From positions 1-39,631 of the forward strand of contig CAZFJK010000007.1 of assembly GCA_964519225.1 (NCBI GenBank): a stretch of DNA of 39,631 bases, read 5' to 3'. A program made the translations under genes and the position numbers. This DNA comes from an uncultured Methanosarcinales archaeon. GTDB taxonomy: Archaea; Nanobdellota; Nanobdellia; Woesearchaeales; B54-G15. The notes under the pieces are model-generated. The model was not told the DNA's origin. It saw nothing but the letters and a program-made list of their open reading frames with translations, and ran no database searches. Numbering within the stretch: position 1 is the stretch's first letter; each line of letters begins with the position of its first letter. Of the stretch, positions 1-10,000 are shown piece after piece.

Positions 1-49
1 TACAATATCATTCACAATAAAAAAACTATCCTACAGGAATCCATCAAAC

Positions 50-307
50 GTGAAAGTCATCTTAAAGCAGAATAAATACAAAAAGGAATGGTCCCTGCAA
101 AATCTTGAAACAGATAAACAGATGAGAATCTCATTAAAAGGCTCTGATCTTGATCCGGGAACAAATCAGATGTCATTAATCATTCTTTATGACGGAAAAC
201 AAGAATATGCACAATTCACAATCTCTCTTGAAAGAGTTACGTTTTTCCAAAGAGTAGTCCTCTTCCTTAAAAAACTCACAAAAGCACTCTCTTCTGTCTT
301 CGGATAG
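50..307 (+). CDS. hypothetical protein (85 aa)
   Basis: ORF with a GTG start, co-oriented with nfi; no recognisable motif. Confidence 0.5.
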   Translation: MKVILKQNKYKKEWSLQNLETDKQMRISLKGSDLDPGTNQMSLIILYDGKQEYAQFTISLERVTFFQRVVLFLKKLTKALSSVFG

Positions 308-346
308 CAAGTAAAACTTATAAACCTCAAAACGCTTACCAAATAC

Positions 347-1003
347 ATGCAATACCCAATACACCGCTTTAAAGAAGAGCAAATAAAACTTGCAAGACGC
401 GTCATAAAGCGAGATGACTTTGATAAATCAGCAGTGAAGCTTGTCGCAGGCGTTGATACAGCATACATAAATAATAAAGTGATTGCAGCAATTGTTGTCT
501 GCGACATCAACACGCTCGAGCCAGTTGAACGAAAATACGCGATCAAAGAAGCACCAATACCATACATCCCTGGCTTCCTTGCTTATCGGGATAGCCCAGC
601 AATAGTCGAAGCATTCCATCTCCTTGAAAAAAAGCCAGATATTCTTCTTGTTGATGCTCATGGCATATCACATCCAAGATTTCTTGGAATGGCATCCCAT
701 CTTGGACTGCTGCTTGACATTCCAACAATCGGCGTTGCAAAGAAAAAAGTCTGCGGGCAAATTCAAGACGATAAGCTTATCTACAAAGATAGAATCGTTG
801 CCCAGCTCGTGCAAACAAGAGAATATGCAAAGCCATTATTCATTTCAATAGGTCACAGAATAAGCCTAAAAACAGCGGTTGAATTCGTTAAACGTCTCGT
901 CAAGCCTCCACATAAGTTGCCAGAACCACTACATTTAGCACATAGATACGCAGACAAAATTAGGGAAAGGGAACTAGAAAAAACAAAGGAAAATAAAAAA
1001 TAA
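347..1003 (+). CDS. nfi: endonuclease V (deoxyinosine 3' endonuclease)
   Basis: Motifs VAGVD, PYIPGFLAYR, LLVDAHGISHPR, GMASHLG, TIGVAK, PLFISIGH, KLPEPLHLAH. Confidence 0.95.
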   Translation: MQYPIHRFKEEQIKLARRVIKRDDFDKSAVKLVAGVDTAYINNKVIAAIVVCDINTLEPVERKYAIKEAPIPYIPGFLAYRDSPAIVEAFHLLEKKPDILLVDAHGISHPRFLGMASHLGLLLDIPTIGVAKKKVCGQIQDDKLIYKDRIVAQLVQTREYAKPLFISIGHRISLKTAVEFVKRLVKPPHKLPEPLHLAHRYADKIRERELEKTKENKK

Positions 1004-1004
1004 C

Positions 1005-1943
1005 ATGCCAATCGAAGTTATTGATCCAGCACGATATCCTGAAACTGCAGATCTCTCTGTTCTGAAAAATTATTTTGCTGTTCTTCAAGAAAAGCAAAAA
1101 CCGCTGTTCAAGCAGAACAAATCAAAGCTTAGAAAAGCAGCCGATACCCTGATGGCAGAGCTTAAAAAATGCACTTTATGTGCATGGCAGTGCAAAGTAA
1201 ACAGGCTTTCAGCTCAGAAAGGCGTATGTCAGCTTACAGATAAAATGATCATAGCATCGTATTTCGAACATCTCGGCGAAGAAGAGTTCTTCGTTCCGTC
1301 ATTTACAATATTCTTCTGGTCATGCAACTTCAAATGCCAGTACTGCCAAAACTGGACAATATCTCAGCGTATCGAAGCAGGAAAAGAAATAACTCCGGTA
1401 AAACTCGCAAGAATAACAGATACCTATTCTGCATGCAGAAACATCAACCTTGTTGGCGGCGAACCAACACCTCAGCTGCCTTTCATAGCAAGATTTCTTT
1501 CGCTTGTAAAAATAAATCTTCCTGTTATCTGGAATAGCAATTTCTATTTCTCACAATCAACTCTTGAAACATTGCGTTTATTTGTCGATGTTTATCTTCC
1601 TGACATAAAATACGGAAACGATCGCTGTGCAGAAAAATTAAGCAAAGTAAAGAATTACTGTTCTGTTGTATATAACAACATCTTAAATGCAGCCAAAACA
1701 GAGCATAGCGATATGGTAATAAGACATCTCGTTCTTCCAGGTCATATCGACTGCTGCACAAAACCTATCCTGAGATTCATAGCAGACAATCTCGGCAGAA
1801 AAGTAATCGTCAACATAATGGATCAGTACTATCCCCATTACCTTGCATCAAACTTTCCAGAAATAAACAGAAAGCTAACAATGAGAGAACTGGAAGAAGT
1901 CATTGAATATGCAAAAGAATTAAACCTGAATTTTATTTTATAA
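1005..1943 (+). CDS. radical SAM protein, PflX-like (pyruvate formate-lyase activating enzyme related)
   Basis: CNFKCQYCQN (CxxxCxxC), N-terminal CTLCAWQCKVNR, GGEPT, DVYLPDIKYGND, IRHLVLPGHIDCC. Confidence 0.9.
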   Translation: MPIEVIDPARYPETADLSVLKNYFAVLQEKQKPLFKQNKSKLRKAADTLMAELKKCTLCAWQCKVNRLSAQKGVCQLTDKMIIASYFEHLGEEEFFVPSFTIFFWSCNFKCQYCQNWTISQRIEAGKEITPVKLARITDTYSACRNINLVGGEPTPQLPFIARFLSLVKINLPVIWNSNFYFSQSTLETLRLFVDVYLPDIKYGNDRCAEKLSKVKNYCSVVYNNILNAAKTEHSDMVIRHLVLPGHIDCCTKPILRFIADNLGRKVIVNIMDQYYPHYLASNFPEINRKLTMRELEEVIEYAKELNLNFIL

Positions 1944-1965
1944 AAATAAAAAAATCGAAAAAACC

Positions 1966-2160
1966 TTAAAGCGTTGCCAAACCAAGCTTCTCTGCAATAT
2001 TCCTCAGCTTTTCCTTCATCTTCTCTGCCTGCTCATCTTCAATCAGCTTTGTTCCGCCAGTTTTCTCTTCTTCATTCCATACTTCAATCCAGTTTATCAA
2101 ATCCCTTATATCGTTCTCAACTTCCTTGAGCATTTCCTCATCAATTTCAACCTTCGCCAT
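1966..2160 (-). CDS. small acidic hypothetical protein
   Basis: Strong SD AGGAGGTG 5 nt before the ATG at 2160; lies downstream of the ThyA fusion. Confidence 0.75.
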   Translation of the reverse strand: MAKVEIDEEMLKEVENDIRDLINWIEVWNEEEKTGGTKLIEDEQAEKMKEKLRNIAEKLGLATL

Positions 2161-2202
2161 TTGCACACCTCCTTTATTTTCTAGCTTAACTTACTATGAA
2201 TA

Positions 2203-3537
2203 TTAAAAATTTTTCTCGAATCTTCCCAAAATTCTTCCTAAATAAAGCATGTGCTCTGGAATAAGGCACAGCCTTTTTGCAGCAGAATATACTTCCTCAA
2301 CACTTCCTGAAAATCTCCTCAGCAATCGATTGTCTTGTGTTCTATGTTGTAGTTCGATTCCATCTTTTGAAGCAGAGATAAATATATTTCCTCTTTCATC
2401 TGGAACAAAAGATTCCAGCGCTGATTTATTCTCTTTCAAAATCTTCTTTACCCTTTCCCAACTGTGCTTATACAAATGTGCAGAGCAGGATATCGTTGTT
2501 ATTCCGCCAACCTTGTAATCAGTATTGCTCTTTTTGTTTATCTCATTAACTATGTATTCCGCCAGTTTTATTTGAGCATACGCATTTATTGGCCATCCTT
2601 TATCCATATCGTTACTTCTTATGAAAACAGTATGGTAGTACTCATCATTAGAAATAATCCCTTGGATAACTATCAAGCAGGGTGGAAAAGGACTTTTCTT
2701 GTCCTTTTCGTGATCCCAAAGAATAGCAATAGCTCTTCTTGAGTAAGGTTTTTCAGAAAGCTTATCTACAATTTCTTGGATTTGATTTCCTGCTATCCTA
2801 TGATTCAATGCCCTGCTTCCATAAGTGTATTCAACTCCCTGCTTTCTCGTCCCTCTCAAAGTTTCTTCTGCATGCTTCTCAAAGTCGTCCTGATCAAAGT
2901 ACTTAAGGAACTCTTTTTCAAGAACAAATGAATTTTTTATTCTCAGCGTAACAACCACATTCAGCAGTTCTAGCTGTTCTTCACCATATTCAGAGAATTT
3001 CTTAAATCCATATAATACTATCTGGTTTAAAACCTTTACCCACGCTTTAAAAAGTGATTCTTCATAGATAGGAACAGCACACACAACTTCAGGAAATGAA
3101 TCAATTGTTTTCTCATACACACGTAGATTAAGCCGACTTCTTCTTGAAGCTTTGTTTGGAATTCTTTTAATCGTTTCGACCAGCTCATCAAAACTCTTGT
3201 CCCTCAAATCCAGAAGCCTAATTTTTTTGATAAGCTTATCAACTTTTTTCTTATCTAAAACAAGGTTAAAAGAGACTTCTCCACTAAACAACCTTGCCAA
3301 ATCCTCCCCCGATGTTGAGAGATCAGCCCCAAATAAAATTAATACATTTACTTCTGTAACTGCATCTAATGTCTCGAGCAAGAAATTTATTCCATACGAT
3401 GTATAAAGAGTCCCTGCAATACGTATCTTCTTTTTTATTTCCTTTGGAATCCTTTTTAAAACATCTTCTTTTTTCGTCCATAAAGTGCATAGCGCAATCC
3501 TTCCCTGATTCTCCAAAAGAAGTACATCTCTTTTCAT
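2203..3537 (-). CDS. thyA: thymidylate synthase ThyA-family protein fused to an N-terminal MtrA-like domain and a C-terminal DUF4346-like domain
   Basis: TS core YTYGSR, SRRA, PPC (catalytic Cys), RSND..GWPIN, SAHLY; N-terminal IALCTLWT..IAGTLYT..GI..LILFG; C-terminal DERGNIFI and EHMLYLGR. Confidence 0.8.
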   Translation of the reverse strand: MKRDVLLLENQGRIALCTLWTKKEDVLKRIPKEIKKKIRIAGTLYTSYGINFLLETLDAVTEVNVLILFGADLSTSGEDLARLFSGEVSFNLVLDKKKVDKLIKKIRLLDLRDKSFDELVETIKRIPNKASRRSRLNLRVYEKTIDSFPEVVCAVPIYEESLFKAWVKVLNQIVLYGFKKFSEYGEEQLELLNVVVTLRIKNSFVLEKEFLKYFDQDDFEKHAEETLRGTRKQGVEYTYGSRALNHRIAGNQIQEIVDKLSEKPYSRRAIAILWDHEKDKKSPFPPCLIVIQGIISNDEYYHTVFIRSNDMDKGWPINAYAQIKLAEYIVNEINKKSNTDYKVGGITTISCSAHLYKHSWERVKKILKENKSALESFVPDERGNIFISASKDGIELQHRTQDNRLLRRFSGSVEEVYSAAKRLCLIPEHMLYLGRILGRFEKNF

Positions 3538-3630
3538 CCAAGAAAAACAACTTTTTTCTATGTTATAAAACTTCTTGAACCGGAATCTTTATGTTTAACT
3601 ACCATTTCAGGTGCTTCTCTTGGAAACTAG

Positions 3631-4341
3631 TCAACGATTCGGCAATAATCCAGCCCTCTTCAATCTTCTCCTAACATCGGGATACAAAATCAATTCTTCA
3701 ACTTCAACATCTCCAAGCGATTTATCTATCTTTTCCAACCTTTTCTTCAGTCCATCAACATTCTCAGCAAGAATAACTGAAGCATGACAGCTTACTCCAT
3801 GCTTAACTAAATTCTCGAGAGCCCTTAGCTGATAATTAAAAAATCTCCCATCTGCTCCAGCAAGCTGTTCAAATCTCTTTTCACTATCTCCTTTTAAGCT
3901 AACTCTTACATGCAAAAAGTCAAACTTACTCAATTCAGCAGCATAACTTTCGTCAGCTCCAAGCAATATGCCGTTCGTTTCAAGAATAAAAAGATATTTG
4001 CGTTTCTGCCTGTCCAGCTCTTCAAGAACCTTAATCAAGTGTTCTCTGCAAATCGTCGGCTCGTTTCCGCTTATCCTTAACTTATTAAATCCGTGTTTCT
4101 TTGCAATTTCAACCAACCTATCAGCAACATCCTTGGCAGAGTAGAATCTTCCTATCTTATCAGCATTCCTCACTATATTATAACTCCAGCAAAAAATACA
4201 TCTTAGATTACAACCAACACAATCAGCAGTAGCTATTCCTCCATAAAACTTCGCTGCCCTGAATCTGTAATACTTCCTTCCTTCATCAGAACAAACAATC
4301 CTTTCGGTTTTTTCAGCAAGCTTTATTGCATCAAGCACCAT
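3631..4341 (-). CDS. radical SAM / Fe-S oxidoreductase (COG5014-like)
   Basis: YGGIATADCVGCNLRCIFCW, RISGNEPT, FILETNG, HVRVSLKG. Confidence 0.9.
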   Translation of the reverse strand: MVLDAIKLAEKTERIVCSDEGRKYYRFRAAKFYGGIATADCVGCNLRCIFCWSYNIVRNADKIGRFYSAKDVADRLVEIAKKHGFNKLRISGNEPTICREHLIKVLEELDRQKRKYLFILETNGILLGADESYAAELSKFDFLHVRVSLKGDSEKRFEQLAGADGRFFNYQLRALENLVKHGVSCHASVILAENVDGLKKRLEKIDKSLGDVEVEELILYPDVRRRLKRAGLLPNR

Positions 4342-5243
4342 CAGTACTTTCTTCCTATCAGAGGATGCTTTCTTTCGTGATGCAATCCAACTATAACATC
4401 CTTAATCCTATCCACTTTTATCTTAGCGTAATGATATTGCTTTAAGACCCTTCCTCTGAAAACAGTTCCCCTCTCAAAATATCTTCTCGTTACAAATGAA
4501 ATCAACTGATAATAGCCATCAATCCTTCCTTTTGTAATAACAGCATAGTCAAATCCGTCCTTCTCGGGCCAGATGGTTTTTCCATTAATCGTAATGTCAG
4601 AATAACTGTCTATGATCAAATCCATTGCATATTCTCTTCTTGATCTGAAGGCGTTCCATATCTTTCTGCTTTTCTTTTTAACAACATCCTCATATCTCTT
4701 ATTCAATGCAGCAGTTGCTTTGCAATCGATCTTGCAAGGCTGATGAAAGACATAAGGATACTTTTGATCGCCTTCCTGTATCTTGCTGTAATATTCGTAA
4801 CAGCTATAATGCTTCTTAATATACTCTGGCGTTTCCCTAACATATTGCTTAATACAGCATTCAGGATAGCCGTACAATTTTCCTGCAATCAAATGCGCCC
4901 TCTTCGGCTGCTTTCCGATCAACCTGCTGTACTGCAAAAATCTTTCCCTATCTTTTTTTGTCCAGAACAAATCATAACCAATCCATACTCCTTCAAACTC
5001 CCATCTAATCCTATTGCCTCTTATCGACTTAATCACTTCATAGCTCTTATCCCGTCCTGCAATAAAAATAACTCCTTCTTTCTTTAATACCTGATCAAAT
5101 TGATATTTTTCACCAAGCGACTTCGGATTTATCCTTAACTTTACAAACGTCGCAGGTTTTGCTTTAGAAGCAAAAAGAATCAATTTAATCTTATCAAGCA
5201 TATCCAATCCCTTGCTTATCTCGGCAAAATCGATCAGGTTCAT
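4341..5243 (-). CDS. hypothetical protein with a DUF483-like Cys motif (5' end abuts an assembly gap)
   Basis: GKLYGYPECCI and HQPCKIDC motifs; its stop overlaps the start of the radical SAM gene. Confidence 0.6.
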   Translation of the reverse strand: MNLIDFAEISKGLDMLDKIKLILFASKAKPATFVKLRINPKSLGEKYQFDQVLKKEGVIFIAGRDKSYEVIKSIRGNRIRWEFEGVWIGYDLFWTKKDRERFLQYSRLIGKQPKRAHLIAGKLYGYPECCIKQYVRETPEYIKKHYSCYEYYSKIQEGDQKYPYVFHQPCKIDCKATAALNKRYEDVVKKKSRKIWNAFRSRREYAMDLIIDSYSDITINGKTIWPEKDGFDYAVITKGRIDGYYQLISFVTRRYFERGTVFRGRVLKQYHYAKIKVDRIKDVIVGLHHERKHPLIGRKY

Positions 5244-5343
5244 NNNNNNNNNNNNNNNNNNNNNNNNNNNNNNNNNNNNNNNNNNNNNNNNNNNNNNNNN
5301 NNNNNNNNNNNNNNNNNNNNNNNNNNNNNNNNNNNNNNNNNNN
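5244..5343. other. scaffold gap (100 N)
   Basis: Run of N. Confidence 1.
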
Positions 5344-5385
5344 TAACGAAAAGAATTTAAACAAAAACCCTTTCCCTAAGAAAAA

Positions 5386-5760
5386 ATGCCAAAAAACGAA
5401 GAACCTGTCTATGAAGATGTTTATGAACAGGAAGATATGCCAGAGACAAGCGAAGAAACAAAACAGGAAATGGAATCAGGCGAACGTGAAGAAGATATCT
5501 ATGTTGAAGAAGGTAGAGAAAAGCTAATCGAAGATGCAGAAATTGCCGCTTGGGAAGAAGGCTTTATGGAAGGAGCCTCTGGAAGAGGCCAGCTTCACTG
5601 CTGCGCCTACTGCGGAAAACTTCTCGGCCAAGATCCATCAACCATTTATGAAAGAGAATTCGATGGAAAAATACTTTTCTTCTGCTCAGCTGAACACGCT
5701 CAAAAATACGCTGAGAAATGGCAGCGCAAAAAAGAAAAACAAGCAGAGCCAGAAAAATAA
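5386..5760 (+). CDS. acidic protein with a C-terminal TRASH/YHS-like metal-binding motif
   Basis: Glu/Asp-rich N-terminal half; CAYCGK...FFCSAEH. Confidence 0.75.
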   Translation: MPKNEEPVYEDVYEQEDMPETSEETKQEMESGEREEDIYVEEGREKLIEDAEIAAWEEGFMEGASGRGQLHCCAYCGKLLGQDPSTIYEREFDGKILFFCSAEHAQKYAEKWQRKKEKQAEPEK

Positions 5761-5837
5761 TTCCAGATAAATTCTTTAAGCTCTTTCACCGAAGCCAAGC
5801 AAAGAATGGCTTGAATTAATTTCTTAAAGTAAAAGTA

Positions 5838-5910
5838 AGCGGGGGGTGGGATTCGAACCCACGATTAAGCGGTCTGCAGCCGCCCGCCTTAGCCACTTGG
5901 CTACCCCCGC
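5838..5910 (-). tRNA. tRNA-Cys (GCA), intronless, CCA not encoded
   Basis: Reverse complement GCGGGGG TAGCCAAGTGGCTAAGGC GGGCGG CT GCA GA CCGC TTAATC GTGGG TTCGAAT CCCAC CCCCCGC T: full cloverleaf, GCA anticodon, U73 discriminator. Confidence 0.97.
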
Positions 5911-5959
5911 CTAGAAGAAAACGGAGCATAATAGGTTATAAAAGTTTTTCTAAGGCAAA

Positions 5960-7057
5960 CTAAGGCAACCAGCTTTTAGGATTCTTCAGCTTCTCGGGCA
6001 AATACTCTTCAATAACATAATTCAATCCGTGCTTAGCCAAAGCCTGCTGTTCAGCTCTAACTTTCATACTTATCAACTTTTTTATCGCCTTCTGCCATTC
6101 CTTGTAATGCTGAACAAATGGATCATTCTTCAATGCATCTTTAGCCCTCTTTATATCAACATCTTTCAGAGGATGCGTTGGCAGTTTATACTTTTCAATA
6201 TCATCAGGCGTTATCCCAATAAACTTTGCCTTAGGAACGCAGAAATATTCGTTTATATGTGCAGCATTCCCGCTCCCAACTTTCAGGGTTCTGTAAATAT
6301 TAAAATAACCGTAAGGATCACCGTCAGTAAACACATAAACAGGCAACCTCATTTCATCACTTAACCGCCTGATAAACCTTCTGCATGCCCTTGTCGGAAC
6401 TCCTTGCATACTCACTAAAATACAATTCGCCTTTTGCCAAAACTTATGTTTAACCAATCTCTGAAACATACCAGCTGTTTCAATAGCAAGTATGAATTTT
6501 GCCTTTGTTTGAAACTTAAGATGTTCTACAGATATAGGAATGCTATAAGCACCGCTTCCAAATTTCGTACAATCAATCTTAATCTGCTTTCCGCTAGCAG
6601 GGTCCTTATCAATCACAATCAGCTTCCCTGCAACATCACCACCCCTTTCCTCAGGCACAAAACCAAGCTGTTCCCTGTTCACCATCAACATAGCTTCAAT
6701 ATCGTCCATCACAGCATCGCTTTCTGGCTGTTCCTTAAACCTCGCATCCCCCCAATTCTTGCTAACATAATAAACCTCTCTTTTGGTTGCAATATCATCA
6801 CTTTTGATTACATCCTTTGAAAGAGAAAGCATCCTCAGCGTTTGAGCAAAACTCTTTACAGTTGTCGCTGTCAGCGTTCTCTTTTTTGTCTTTCCAATCA
6901 ATTCAAAATAACCATCTCGAGGATCATACTTTACATTCGCCAAACTTCTTATCGGCATAGTCAGCTCTGGCTGTCTTTTCCTCAGAATCCTTTGATAGAC
7001 GCCTCTAGCCAAATCTTTTATCAGCTTTAATGTTTTTACATCCCTATTCTTCTTCAT
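5960..7057 (-). CDS. top6A: DNA topoisomerase VI subunit A (start at 7057 or 7066)
   Basis: ATKREVYY (catalytic Tyr), QPESD, AIETAG, GVPTRA, TDGDPYG, AEQQAL. Confidence 0.97.
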   Translation of the reverse strand: MKKNRDVKTLKLIKDLARGVYQRILRKRQPELTMPIRSLANVKYDPRDGYFELIGKTKKRTLTATTVKSFAQTLRMLSLSKDVIKSDDIATKREVYYVSKNWGDARFKEQPESDAVMDDIEAMLMVNREQLGFVPEERGGDVAGKLIVIDKDPASGKQIKIDCTKFGSGAYSIPISVEHLKFQTKAKFILAIETAGMFQRLVKHKFWQKANCILVSMQGVPTRACRRFIRRLSDEMRLPVYVFTDGDPYGYFNIYRTLKVGSGNAAHINEYFCVPKAKFIGITPDDIEKYKLPTHPLKDVDIKRAKDALKNDPFVQHYKEWQKAIKKLISMKVRAEQQALAKHGLNYVIEEYLPEKLKNPKSWLP

Positions 7058-10000
7058 CTTTTTCATCTTCGCCTCCTTTATCTAAAGCAAATTCTTCATC
7101 GAATTCACTTGCATCAACCTTTATCTCTTCAAGCTTTCCCCTGTGTTTTTCAAGCAATTCTTTCAGCAAAACATTCAATTTACCAACCTCTGCTCTCTTC
7201 AATTCAAGCAATTCTCCTAAAGCCTCACTCACATGCGGAATATACTTTTCGATATAACTTCTCCGCTTTCCTTCAGCAATTATTCTTCGCTTTTTCTTAA
7301 CATATCCAGAAAGCCGTCTTCCGCATTCCTGCAGAGCAAGCTTGATTTCCTTTATAATTTCAGGATAGTGAGCTATTGCTTCTTTACTTTCACTTGTATA
7401 AGGAACCCAAACGCTTGCAATATGCACTGCTATTGTGCAAGGGCCTATTGGCAAACCGCCTTTACTTTGCTGCAAGCCATAGCTCCTCCAGTTTATTTGC
7501 TGAACCGATTTTGTAATTGCACAGGCTCCTTGCTGATAAAGCAAAGGAACCCTATTGGCAAACCTTAACAATGTAATCGTATCATCAGCTGCTTGTTCAC
7601 CACCGTAGGCAACAGCAGCCTCAATAAGAAAAGGATTTCCCCTATAAACAGCAGCACTCCTCGTTACTGCATAATAAAATTCAGCCTTAATCTCTTTTCT
7701 TAAACTCTTTTCAAGCAACTCAGCACCTATTGGAGTAATACAATCAGTAGGCGGAGCCATCAACTTAGTTTTCTGTATTCCTTGATAAAGCTTTTCAGCA
7801 GCTTCTCTGCTCAACTCTCTTGGATTGCTATCAGGCAGCAATGCAGCATTTTTGCAGATTTCTTTTGCAGTTTCAGCTCCAACCCTACAAAACTCATTCA
7901 TGAGAAATCCAGCCAATGTTCTAGCTTTTGTTTCATGCAACATGCTAAGCAGTCTTCCAAGCTCAACACCATGGGGATGTGGCTTTATCTCCTTTGGCTT
8001 TTTCGGCAGTTTATCACTAACCCTCGTAAAAATAAATTGTTCAGCTAGAGGATTTGTATAAATCAACGTAAGATGCGGATTAACAATAGCAGTTTGCTTG
8101 ATATAAGAATCAATGCTTTGCAATCCTTTCTGGTAAATTCCTTCTATATCAAGCTCTATTCTTGTGCCATGCTCTTTTTTCCATTCAACAGCATCATCCT
8201 TCAACACAACCGGCTGATTTCTTTTTGTATCAATCTTTAGTTCAAAATAATGCGCCTTATGCTTTGGAGAAATTCTTGACAAAATCTTGATCGGCTTGCC
8301 TGTCGTTAGCTGTGCATAAAGCGCAGCAGCAGAAATGCCGATTCCTTGCTGACCCCTACTGTTATGGCAAGCAATTGCTCCAAATCCGCCTACAAAATTT
8401 TCATAGCCTGGCACAGACAGATCATAAACATACTCGAAACCATCATTAATCACTTCAATATTTTTAATAGGTAAAAATATAAAATCAGATTCTAAAAGTA
8501 TTTTTAGTTTCAGAAGTTGATAACACAATCGTTTTGTTTTCTGTGTAATGAGGTAAGTGTTGTTTGCGGTTTTAACTAAATAATTGTTATCTAATAAAAA
8601 TTTCAGTTTATATCCTACTTTCCTGGTGTTAAATAATCTTTCGAAATATTTCCTACTGTACTCCGTATCAAAGGAAAGGCTTTTTAACTTTTCTAAATAA
8701 TTCAAAGTATGTTGGGTTTGAGGAATCCCTAATAATTTTAAGAGCAGTCTCGAATTAATATTATACTTCCTTCTCTTTGTCGGTTTTCTTGTTGAGAAAT
8801 GGTTGGATACGTTTATGTCATCACCATAAACAGTAACGTAATACATCGTGCTAGGAATCTTGCCAAGTCCTTTTTGGGATTTTTTACTGTAACTTGCTAT
8901 AACTCCTTGCATTAACCATAGGTAGATTATTTGATTAGCAAGTTCTTTAGAAGCAGTAGCCAAAGTAAGCATATTTCTATTTTTGGTATTATGCCCATCT
9001 CCAACATACAAATAATCAAGACAATCTTGTCTTAAATGATGTGGAGCATTAAATACAAAATCAGGAATTTTTTTATTTTTAGCTCCATGTCCGCACCATT
9101 TTCTAAATAAATAACTCAAGAGCCCTCCAAACAATTTGACCCTTACAGAGTGTGATCGCTCTTCTACGGTGTAACTTGTCCCTAAAGTAAATCCAACATC
9201 ACAGACGAGTTTTACCAAATCTCTTTCATGCTTTGAGAATGTAAAACCAATCTGCCTCCTATCAGAATGACCTTCTGCAATAAATAATCCGATTAGCTTC
9301 ATAAAATTCCTTGTTAAAGGCCATATTATTGGAACGTCATATTCTTTACCATGGTAATAAGTTCTAATAACACCTTCGGTTATTTTCTCGTTTAAGAATT
9401 TAACAAACCAAACAGGCAGGAATCCCTTTTTAATATATTGTTTATAAGAATCTTCTTGGATATCAACAATTCTGTTTTTATTAATAAATCTAAAATATTT
9501 TCTTGATCTATTTCTTCTCTTTTTATGAATTATCTCCGCTTTTGAAAATATTTCTGCAATTATTTTTTTATTCGTATATAAATACCAATAGTGTTTTTTT
9601 GCATAATTTTCATCAATGTAATCTAAGATATTAATTTCTTTTATATCTTCTTCGATATTCAATTTTTTGGGAGCAAGGATGATGTCGTTTTTCTTCAATT
9701 CTCTTGCCTGTATTTCCTTAACCTTTAATGTTTTTTTATCGATAGTAAAAACGCTATGACAACCAGTTACTTTAATATTTTTACCATACAAGGTAGTGAT
9801 TTTATAAATTTCATTTCTTCTTTTATGTTTAATTAAATGACTTACTGGTCTAAACGAATATTTGTATCGTTTCCAATCGAAGCAAGGAACCTCCAAGTTT
9901 AGCTTTTTACATTTAAACACACCCTCAGTATCTATATATTTATCAATCAAATCACCAATTTTAACAATCTTTATCTTTCCATTCTGCTTTACGATTATTG

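Noticed and set aside
5792..5812. Small hairpin AAGCCA-N9-TGGCTT between the acidic protein gene and tRNA-Cys
   Set aside because: Only 6 bp in AT-rich DNA, too weak to call as a terminator or RNA.
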